In this document: in pieces, positions 14,316 to 24,289 of the stretch
Layout of the letters: the number at the start of each line of letters is the position of its first letter
How positions within the stretch are numbered: the first letter of the stretch is position 1
Source: Octopus bimaculoides
Taxonomy: Eukaryota
Length of the DNA: 64,000 nt
Assembly: GCF_001194135.2 (NCBI RefSeq)
Contig: NC_068985.1
Span: 38,402,797 to 38,466,796, forward strand
Reading direction: 5' to 3'
Position numbers and translations under genes: made by a program
The notes under the pieces: generated by a model
Databases searched by the model: none
What the model was told of the DNA's origin: nothing
Seen by the model: the letters and a program-made list of their open reading frames with translations, nothing else

Positions 14316-14526
14316 AAAGTTAGATAGATCAAGAAAAAAGACGGATAAAACTAGAATTCCTGTGAATTACTGTAAATGCGAAAGAGTTAAAAAAAACACT
14401 GAGTTAAAGAAAGAATGAGAAACGAAACAAAAAGAAAAGAAAAACACGAGACTCTCAATGTGGGTCAAAAAGTGATTGTGAAATATACAGTGACTGGTAA
14501 ATTGACGACAAAATAAAATAAAGAAG

Positions 14527-14912
14527 GTTGTTGTTGTTGGCACTCCGTCGCTTACGACGTCAAGGATTCCAGTTCATCCGATCAACCGAACAGCCTCCTC
14601 GTGAAATTAACGTGCAAGTGGCTGAGCACTCCACAGACACGTGTACCCTTAACGTAGTTCTCGGGGATATTCAGTGTGACACAGTGTGACAAGGCTGGCC
14701 CTTTGAATATATATACAGAAACAGGAAGTAAGAGTGAGAGAAAGTTGTGGTGAAAGAATACAGCAGGGTTAACCACCACCCCCTGCCGGAACCTTGTGGA
14801 GCTTTAGGTGTTTTCGCTCAATAAACACTCACAACGCCAGGTCTGGGAATGGAAACCGCGATCCTATGACCGCGAGTCCGCTGCCCCAACCACTGGGTCA
14901 TTGCGCCTCCAC
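14527..14912 (-). mobile_element. tRNA-derived SINE (family C), full length, with (AAC)n tail
   Basis: Minus-strand head GGAGGCGCAATGACCCAGTGGTTGGGGCAGCGGACTCGCGGTCATAGGATCGCGGTTTCCATTCCC (A-box- and B-box-like). Ends GGAGTGCCAACAACAAC. Homologue at 57683-57912. Possible TSD ATAAAGAA at 14518-14525 and 14913-14920. Confidence 0.85.
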
Positions 14913-15234
14913 ATAAAGAAAGTACCTTAGGTAGAAAAGTACAGGCATTTAAAGTACAAATAAGTGAGATAGACAGAGAGAAGTAGACAGAGAAATATTG
15001 AGTTTCTGAGAGAGAGAAAGAGAGAGAATGGGGGAGAGAGAGGGAGAGAAAGAGAACGAGAGTGTGTAAGTGAGAGAGTGGTGTGTGTGTGTGTGTGAAA
15101 GAGAGACAGATAGTGTTAGGGAGAGAAAGAGAATGTGAGAGTGTGTGTGAGAGTGGTGTGTGACAGAGAGAGAGAGTAAAAGAGTGTGAGGAAGAGAAAG
15201 AGATTGTGAGATCGTATAAGTGTGTGTGTGTTTT

Positions 15235-15274
<40 letters not shown>

Positions 15275-15397
15275 CGCACGCATGCGTGTAAGAGTGAGAG
15301 AGGAAGTGAATGAGCAAATCAGAGGTGTAGAAATATTGAACTAAATTGGAATATGTTCGAAATTTAATTGGTTGTGAAAATTGTCTCGTATACATAC

Positions 15398-15625
15398 CTT
15401 AGCGAATGAATAAAGGACATTCTTTCGAATACTTTCTACCTTGGTTTCCCGTCGACTTAATTATTGATTGCCCTTCAGAGAAATTTAATTGGTGCAGAAT
15501 AGAACATTCGCAATGAACTCATTCGTTCTGATGGCATTAAGTGGAATATGTTTATCTTATTGAATTCTAAACTCTTCTGGTAGACTATTCAAATCTGATA
15601 ACTTAACACTAAGCCACATGGAAAA
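15398..15625 (-). pseudogene. Candidate spliced exon (228 bp) with in-frame stops: non-coding or decayed
   Basis: Very strong acceptor (T15 GGCTTTTTGCTTGTTTCCTAG) and donor AAG|GTATGT. Best frame FSMWLSVKLSDLNSLPEEFRIQ*DKHIPLNAIRTNEFIANVLFCTN*... has three TAA stops. Confidence 0.25.
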
Positions 15626-15896
15626 CTAGGAAACAAGCAAAAAGCCAAAAAAAAAAAAAAAGTTCAAGTCAAGCGGGGTATTGAGAATTTGTAGATGTAT
15701 AGAAGAGATGTCCACCTAGAAATATCCAATTACTACCGTATAAGTTATCATCGACCATAAGTAAGTCCAGCACTTATTTGGCAGTGAAAGTCATCAAGTA
15801 GTAGATCACTCCAAAAACGCCCGCATAGTTGAAACAACGCAAAATATGTGAAATGAGCACTACGTAAATGACAGCGCCGGTGAGTATAAATTCAGA

Positions 15897-15942
<46 letters not shown>

Positions 15943-16333
15943 ATTTAATGCAGTTAGTAATAACCTGTGTATTTGTACATGTAACACACATACACACACA
16001 CGCGCTGATATATATATATATATATATATANNNNNNNNNNNNNNNNNNNNNNNNNNNNNNNNNNNNNNNNNNNNNNNNNNNNNNNNNNNNNNNNNNNNNN
16101 NNNNNNNNNNNNNNNNNNNNNNNNNNNNNNNNNNNNNNNNNNNNNNNNNNNNNNNNNNNNNNNNNNNNNNNNNNNNNNNNNNNNNNNNNNNNNNNNNNNN
16201 NNNNNNNNNNNNNNNNNNNNNNNNNNNNNNNNNNNNNNNNNNNNNNNNNNNNNNNNNNNNNNNNNNNNNNNNNNNNNNNNNNNNNNNNNNNNNNNNNNNN
16301 NNNNNNNNNNNNNNNNNNNNNNNNNTATATATA

Positions 16334-16470
16334 TTATTTACAATTGACGGATATTTGTCTTTATCTTGTTTAGTGTTAACACAACGTTTCTGCTGAAATA
16401 CCCTCCACCCTTCATCAGGTGTCTTAGGGAAATTTCGAACCTGGGTTCTCATTCCTAAGGTATTTTTCGA
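16334..16470 (-). mobile_element. Short non-autonomous Penelope-like-derived repeat with minimal hammerhead motif
   Basis: Near-identical to both copies at 54996-55145 and 55190-55365. Minus strand contains GACAC-CTGATGA-A-GGGTG..CAGCA-GAAA-CGTT-GTGTT. Confidence 0.7.
16378..16423 (-). ncRNA. Minimal type-I hammerhead ribozyme motif (stem II partly mutated)
   Basis: Core CUGAUGA and GAAA, cleavage triplet GUU, helix I GACAC/GUGUU, loopless palindromic ACGU helix III. Confidence 0.55.
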
Positions 16471-16472
16471 TG

Positions 16473-16588
<116 letters not shown>

Positions 16589-16719
16589 TAAAATAAATGC
16601 CCGAATGCAGTACCAGGCAGTGACTCTCTCACTCAATAATAATACCTACTTACTGTTCCCAACGTGCCAATTATTATAGGTCGTGCTTATAATAATTGGT
16701 TCGTTGGGAACAGTAGGCC

Positions 16720-16932
16720 CCAAAATATAGACAATTGACTGAATGAGATAGAAATAGAATGCCCTGTAGAGCTCATACAGAGAGTTTGTCTCTTAGGGTC
16801 AGTAAGGATTATCAGGACGGTTCTGAACACTTGAAAGACTACTGAAAACTTGTGGGTACCTAAGGTTACAGGAAGTAACACACTACCCATATAAATCCAA
16901 CCAGGAATAAGACCGAACCTAAGCATTGTTTC

Positions 16933-17002
<70 letters not shown>

Positions 17003-17030
17003 TTAATAATAATAATAATAATAATAATAT
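16720..17030 (+). mobile_element. 3' end of R4/Dong-type (RLE) non-LTR retrotransposon with (TAA)n tail
   Basis: Translates IECPVELIQRVCLLGSVRIIRTVLNT*, the typical C-terminus of RLE-clade ORFs. About 110 nt of 3' UTR follows, then (AAT)n. Confidence 0.7.
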
Positions 17031-17047
17031 TCAGACAAATACATAAC

Positions 17048-17275
17048 AAAAACACCAGGACTTACAAATATATATAACATACAGAAAATTGCACTACTGG
17101 GTACTGCACACATTCTACGCAAAACACTTTCAATACAGTAAACATAAGAGCACCACAGCAAACCACAGCACATACCCAAGGCGCACAGAGCTGCGCTCGG
17201 TAGTGAAGTGAAAGCACGTTATAAAAATAAAACTACTGAATAATAATAATAATAATAATAATAATTATTATTATT
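17048..17275 (+). mobile_element. 3' end of a second R4/Dong-type LINE family with (TAA)n tail
   Basis: Translates PGLTNIYNIQKIALLGTAHILRKTLSIQ*, followed by 3' UTR and (AAT)n. Confidence 0.75.
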
Positions 17276-17289
17276 ATTATTATTATTAT

Positions 17290-17940
17290 TATCATCATAG
17301 CAGTTTTCTTTTGCGAAATTCGGATTGCTTCTTATCGGAGGTGTCATCTTTACAGAAAAAGGGTCTCTTACAGAGTTTCTGAAAGACTTTTGAATATCTT
17401 TGGAGGGATCTTCTTTTGCTTTTCGCAAATGTTTGCTGGTGTTATTTACACACCTTCCTCATAATGAATGGAATCGCTCACTCATCAGGCAGAGTTTTTT
17501 TTTTTTTCCCTAGTGACATTTTCGCCCACTCGCTTTCTATTTCGTAAGAAATACCACTGTCAGTTTTGAATGAGTTAAGGAGTATATCTGCCTTCAATTT
17601 GGCTCCTGGTAATGAGATCGTGGGAAATTTAACCAACTTTTCCAAAGCTACACCTGGTGCCACTTTAGTAATACCAAGCTCTACATTTTACTGCTTTCTC
17701 CGTTCAAGCCTTAAATGACTTTTACTTTCGCTTTTGTGGAAATTGAACTTTCTGCTCTGATCCACCAGACTTAAAGCTTTCTTCTCGGTACTTGTTACCT
17801 GGAACACGTTTCGGAATATTTTGCAGTCTTGCAGCATCGAAAGGAATTTCATGCTTATTTTTAACATCCCTCCTATTTATATCAACAGATATGCCTACAC
17901 TGATCGTCCGGCCATACTGTACCACAAAACTGACCATAGG
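17290..17940 (-). mobile_element. Degenerate fragment, possibly the pre-RT ORF region of an RLE-type LINE
   Basis: Broken ORFs; KSFRNSVRDPF...SNPNFAKENC weakly resembles the F..DPF...P.F.KE segment upstream of RT in R2/NeSL-like ORFs. Identified by eye only. Confidence 0.25.
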
Positions 17941-18220
17941 CCATAGTCGATGCCGTTATTATTTACGCTAGTATTCATGCTGCTTCATAAATAAAAACAA
18001 ATTCACGGATACGTGCGTATCATCAACTGGGTCTCGTACTATTTGCACTTTCGATTTTGTCTCGTCCTCAGTTCTGTAAATTAGAATGATTTTCCTTATT
18101 CTTTACCTCTCCGAACGGAAAAGATTTCATCACATATGCTCATTACAGGGTACAAATATAATCCACGTAGATTTGGCAAGGCACAGATAAATCTTTTTCT
18201 CTCGTGCTTAGCTGATAGAA

Positions 18221-18500
18221 ACTGACAAAGAACCGCCAAATTTTGTAACATGCGCTTTGATTCATGTGCCCTCTTGTGAAATAATTTAGTTCTTTAATTT
18301 AAAAGTGCACTTGGATACGATAGGAACTGAACTGCATTCGAAAATCTTTCATCTTAATAGATACTGACAAAGGACCGCCAGATTTCATAATATGTACTTT
18401 CTTTCATTTGAACTCTCGTAAAATAATTCAACTCTATAAATAAAAAGTGTACTTGCAAACGATAGGAGCTGACCTGCATTCGAAAACTTTTCATTTTAAA
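18221..18500. repeat. Diverged tandem duplication, period about 142 bp
   Basis: ACTGACAAAG(A/G)ACCGCCA...AAAAGTG(C/T)ACTTG..ACGATAGGA.CTGA.CTGCATTCGAAAA starts at 18221 and again at 18363. Confidence 0.8.
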
Positions 18501-19595
18501 TCGAGGCACAGGTAAACTAAAACTACATTATGCCGTGTGCCTTTGCATTCCTTCGAACGATAATATAGGATTTAAGAGAAATTTAGCTGCTTTTGCGAAT
18601 GACCTGTTAGAGTAACTCTCGCTAGCTCGTTTGTGATTACGATGGTAGTTTGCAGTATTAGTAGTGGTGGTGGTGGTGGTGGTGATGTTAGTGCTGGTGG
18701 TGGTGGTGGAATATTCCCGTGAAAGGACATATGTAACAGTCATTTTAGTTGAAATGCCGAGTTATTAACCATATCTTCATTAATCATGATTTCTATCAGT
18801 CTCTCACTCACGCCTCTTCTGTTCTCTTACCCACTTCTCTTTCTCCATCGCGTAGTTCTGAGTCCAGTGAGGACATTAAAACTTGCTCTCTCAGCAGGCG
18901 TCAACGTTCCCTCCCATTTTCTCTCGTTCTCTCCCCCTCTCTGTCGCCTTCACTCACTCTCACTCTGTCACTCTTTCCCTCGCTCTGTTTGTCAATAGTA
19001 GCTTTTGTTTTACTTTCTTTTACACAGAATCAGCATCGAATATCTAATACTGTTTTCACAGGCCATTAACGAAAATGGTTCATTTGGCAATGTCAAGTGT
19101 ACACGTGCACTAGCATACATAGTTCTACATATACCTACATACATACATATATACATACAGATATAAACACATACTCATTCACGTACACAAACGTGGGTAT
19201 TTATTCATATGGCTGTGTGCGTGAATGCATGTGTATTTGTGTGTAAGCGTGTGTACGTTTGTGGACATGATCATGCATAATTGAGAACATACGGAATATA
19301 TATATATATATATATAAATTGAACAAAACGATGTAAACAAGTAATGGTGCTATATATTCATATATGCGTGTCTGTGCACGCTCACATATACATGCAATTG
19401 TTCCTAATAGCGAATGTGTGTTTTCGTTAATGATGTGTTTCTGGACGCTTGAACAATTAAAATAGTTGATATGCATGTAATGTCCTTCTATCTTTTATTG
19501 CGACATAAATATATCCATCTGTGTGAATCGGCAAAACTAGACACCTGTTTAAATGTCTATAACTATGTGCCATTGAATTTTCATGGATAAAAATA

Positions 19596-19695
<100 letters not shown>

Positions 19696-19960
19696 AACAC
19701 ACACACAAACACACGCACACATACACACACACGCACACATTCATAAATACTAACACAAAAACGGGTATATGCACACACGTACATATATATATATATATAT
19801 ATATATGTTTATATAATTACATAGATATCTATATAGTTAATCTACATATCTATCTATCTCTCTTTCTCTCTATTTATATATATATATATACATATACATG
19901 TATAAATATTTGTATATATGTATATATATATGTATAAACATATATACATATACATATACA

Positions 19961-20012
<52 letters not shown>

Positions 20013-20615
20013 CATGCACGCACACACATACATATGGACATGNNNNNNNNNNATACATATGGACATGTCGGGACAGTGTACATCTGATCAGTTATGTATG
20101 AATACGTTCACGCATACTTAATGGAAAAAAAGACAAGATGTTTGATGCGCAGGTATTCCTTAATGCATGCTTATGTTTATGTACGCGTGCACACTTGCAT
20201 ATGGATACATACTCAAATCACAGACGTCGCGCTTGCAATCACACACACAGACACGCAAAAGAGAAAAGAAACCTACTCTATTCAGACGCTGTGTTTCCAT
20301 ATCAATCTGGCATATACCAATCTAAAGATTGGTATATGTCATGAAGACATTAAACTTACGTTTATGGGGCAAAAGCTGTCCCCAAGGACTACAAAAATGA
20401 AACGCAATTTACTCCCGTACATGCTTTGAGCGAACTTGCATATGTGCTTTGTGATAAACCTTCCAAAATGATCTCCTTCTCTCTGCATTCCTCTCCCTAT
20501 CATTTTCGCTCTGTTTAGATTTATTGGTCTTTCTGGAGTATGTATTCGTGTAATATACATAGGTACACACACAAACACACACACATACAACACACACACG
20601 CACACACACACGCAC

Positions 20616-20659
<44 letters not shown>

Positions 20660-20736
20660 GACACACACATATATATACATATATACATATACATATATAC
20701 ACACAAGCACAACACACGCATATTCATGTTATGATC

Positions 20737-20910
20737 CACAATGAGCAGAACTTACTTGCAGGTATTGGTAGTGCAAATCAGAGGTGCAATCTGTGTGGGT
20801 GTTTTTTCAAAACACTGTCTGGTTTAAAAAGCCACATCAGACGCCATGAAAGGGCTAAGGTGTAGGTGCAGGAGGTGGTCAAACTCTGTTTAAGGAGTAG
20901 ACAACCACCA
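20737..20910 (+). mobile_element. 5'-truncated LINE 3' end (RTE-like) encoding a C2H2 zinc finger
   Basis: HNEQNLLAGIGSANQRCNLCGCFFKTLSGLKSHIRRHERAKV* (C-x2-C-x12-H-x3-H, stop 20863-20865). A short UTR follows, ending ACAACCACC then (AT)n. Confidence 0.55.
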
Positions 20911-21229
20911 TATATATATATATATATAATATAAATAATACCTATATATATATGCATGTATACATACGTATATGTACATACTTACATCTATACGTATATA
21001 TATGTGTGTGTGTGTCTGTGTGTGGGTGTGCATATGTGGGCATATGTGGGCACAGGACGTCACGAAACGTGTGCAACAAAAAAAATATACGATGTACGAG
21101 AGCATGGAATATGAACTATTTTTCAAACAACGAAACAAATGGAAAAAAACAAGACAAACACCATAAAGAACGATCCTTCATCAGTTGTTGGCTGTTTTTC
21201 TAATCTCGTATTTCGAGCATTTAACAGCA

Positions 21230-21310
21230 ATATACGCTTTCGATAAAACAGTTACTCCCGCAAAGCAAATTAAATAAAATTTGGGATTTTGCGGAGGGTC
21301 AAAATTGGTA
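21230..21310. repeat. Dispersed repeat fragment, same family as 6097-6175
   Basis: Near reverse complement of 6097-6175. Confidence 0.65.
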
Positions 21311-21572
21311 ACATAAACAGGACAGTGAAAACAAACAGGAAGGGCTGCTAAGACTAAACGAGGTTGCGGTGGCGAACGCGTAAATCAATCTTGAAAAGGA
21401 GACGGACAAGAACACGTCTACCTTGTTCCAGCTAAAACGGGGAGAAAGAAAGAAACACAAGTTAGAAGAAGAAAGAAATATGGCCGATGGTCGATTGAAT
21501 GCCAGGCATCTTCTTCCAAGTAAGTTTCATCTCTCTCCCTCTCTCCCTCTCTCTCTCTCCCTCTCTCCCCCA

Positions 21573-21622
<50 letters not shown>

Positions 21623-21660
21623 AACACACACAAGCACATTACACGCCGCATATATATATA

Positions 21661-21775
21661 AGCGTGACTGTGTGATAAGTAGTTTGCTAACCTGCCACAT
21701 GGGTTTGGGTTCAGTCCCACTGCGTGGTACCTTTATTTTCTAGTCTTCTACATATGTCGCATGAGAGAATATCGT
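21661..21775 (+). mobile_element. SINE family B, diverged 5' fragment
   Basis: GTGTGATAAGTAGTTTGCTAACCTGCCACATGGGTTTGGGTTCAGTCCCACTGCGTGG matches 13800-13865. Confidence 0.65.
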
Positions 21776-22226
21776 CTAATCTTCTATCAATGGAGAACTC
21801 AGTGAATTATGGCAATTATATTTTGAAATATCAAAGAAAACTGCGTAATCCGTTGTTAATTATTGTATCTACATTGTATATTATTCGAATTAGAAAAAAA
21901 CAGTTCGAAATATATGCACTATGAATGATAGTGAACCACAGATCTTTCCGTATAGGAAAGATACGAATTCTTATTTTTTGTTTTGATAAAGGTCAAGGAA
22001 GATAGGAATATAAACGGATAGACTTCCGTAGTTCTGCTCATGTATTCTGTAATTATTTCTACTTTATATTGATTTACATATTTCAAGTTAAAAAAGAAAT
22101 TTAAAACAGCACCATTGCGCCTTACATTATTAATTATTTAATTAATCAGTGTTAATATCAACTTTATTGCATCAAACCAATTAGGTTGAACAAGTCAACA
22201 CCTTGCTAGTTTGTATACTATATCAA

Positions 22227-22441
22227 TGGTTGGCGAGCTGACGGAAGCGTTGGCACGCCGAACGAAATGCTTGGTGGAATTTCATCTGTCTTTACGTTCT
22301 GAGTTCAAATTCCGCCGAGATTGACTTTGCTTTTCATCCATTTGGGGTCGAAAAATTAAGTACCATTTGCGTACTGGGGTCGGTCTAATCTACTAGCCTC
22401 TTCGCCACAAATTTTGACCCTTGTGCCTAGAGTCGAAAAGT
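22227..22441 (+). mobile_element. SINE family A, full length
   Basis: GGCGAGCTGACGGAAGCGTTGGCACGCCG...TTCTGAGTTCAAATTCCGCCGAG...CCTTGTGCCTAGAGTCGAAAAG. Confidence 0.85.
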
Positions 22442-23319
22442 AATATATATATNNNNNNNNNNNNNNNNNNNNNNNNNNNNNNNNNNNNNNNNNNNNNNNN
22501 NNNNNNNNNNNNNNNNNNNNNNNNNNNNNNNNNNNNNNNNNNNNNNNNNNNNNNNNNNNNNNNNNNNNNNNNNNNNNNNNNNNNNNNNNNNNNNNNNNNN
22601 NNNNNNNNNNNNNNNNNNNNNNNNNNNNNNNNNNNNNNNNNNNNNNNNNNNNNNNNNNNNNNNNNNNNNNNNNNNNNNNNNNNNNNNNNNNNNNNNNNNN
22701 NNNNNNNNNNNNNNNNNNNNNNNNNNNNNNNNNNNNNNNNNNNNNNNNNNNNNNNNNNNNNNNNNNNNNNNNNNNNNNNNNNNNNNNNNNNNNNNNNNNN
22801 NNNNNNNNNNNNNNNNNNNNNNNNNNNNNNNNNNNNNNNNNNNNNNNNNNNNNNNNNNNNNNNNNNNNNNNNNNNNNNNNNNNNNNNNNNNNNNNNNNNN
22901 NNNNNNNNNNNNNNNNNNNNNNNNNNNNNNNNNNNNNNNNNNNNNNNNNNNNNNNNNNNNNNNNNNNNNNNNNNNNNNNNNNNNNNNNNNNNNNNNNNNN
23001 NNNNNNNNNNNNNNNNNNNNNNNNNNNNNNNNNNNNNNNNNNNNNNNNNNNNNNNNNNNNNNNNNNNNNNNNNNNNNNNNNNNNNNNNNNNNNNNNNNNN
23101 NNNNNNNNNNNNNNNNNNNNNNNNNNNNNNNNNNNNNNNNNNNNNNNNNNNNNNNNNNNNNNNNNNNNNNNNNNNNNNNNNNNNNNNNNNNNNNNNNNNA
23201 TATATATATATATATATATATATACATGTGTGTGTATCTATATAAATATGTATTATATATATGTGTATATGTGCATGTTTGTGTACAGATATCTATTTCA
23301 GTAGGTATACGTATTTTTT

Positions 23320-23359
<40 letters not shown>

Positions 23360-23661
23360 CGTGTATCTAGACTTTTCCCTGTGCTTCCTTTATCTCTTTG
23401 TAACTCAAACAATAATCATGATCGATGTTCTGCTGGCAGTCTCAAATTTATTTATTCGCATGCACAATTCAGAACATGCAAAATTAGAATTCTAATCACC
23501 AAATTTGCCATAATTATCATCGTAGCAAATGCACATTCAGATTATCGTCATTACGAATTTGTTCATCCTTTAATGAACATTTGTGCATTTCAGGTGGTCT
23601 ATGCATATGTAATTCGAAAAGAGATATTTTGCTTATCATTTAGAAATGAAATGTACATGCA

Positions 23662-23699
<38 letters not shown>

Positions 23700-23790
23700 G
23701 GACAAAATCCAAAATTACAGGCAAAAAACTCAATTAATATTCAATTTATAAAAAATTAAAATTAAATTGAGTCTTATAGATAAAGTATAT

Positions 23791-23904
23791 ATAAAATATA
23801 TAGTTTTAGGGAAAATAACCAATTATCAAGAACATATGTGATAGTGGATTTTCATCGATGAGTTCTTGATAATTGGTTATTTTCCCTAAAACTATATATT
23901 TTAT
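23791..23904. repeat. Perfect 43-bp inverted repeat with 28-nt spacer, abutting a gap
   Basis: ATAAAATATATAGTTTTAGGGAAAATAACCAATTATCAAGAAC (23791-23833) and its exact reverse complement (23862-23904). Confidence 0.85.
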
Positions 23905-24244
23905 NNNNNNNNNNNNNNNNNNNNNNNNNNNNNNNNNNNNNNNNNNNNNNNNNNNNNNNNNNNNNNNNNNNNNNNNNNNNNNNNNNNNNNNNNNNNNNNN
24001 NNNNNNNNNNNNNNNNNNNNNNNNNNNNNNNNNNNNNNNNNNNNNNNNNNNNNNNNNNNNNNNNNNNNNNNNNNNNNNNNNNNNNNNNNNNNNNNNNNNN
24101 NNNNNNNNNNNNNNNNNNNNNNNNNNNNNNNNNNNNNNNNNNNNNNNNNNNNNNNNNNNNNNNNNNNNNNNNNNNNNNNNNNNNNNNNNNNNNNNNNNNN
24201 NNNNNNNNNNNNNNNNNNNNNNNNNNNNNNNNNNNNNNNNNNNN

Positions 24245-24289
<45 letters not shown>

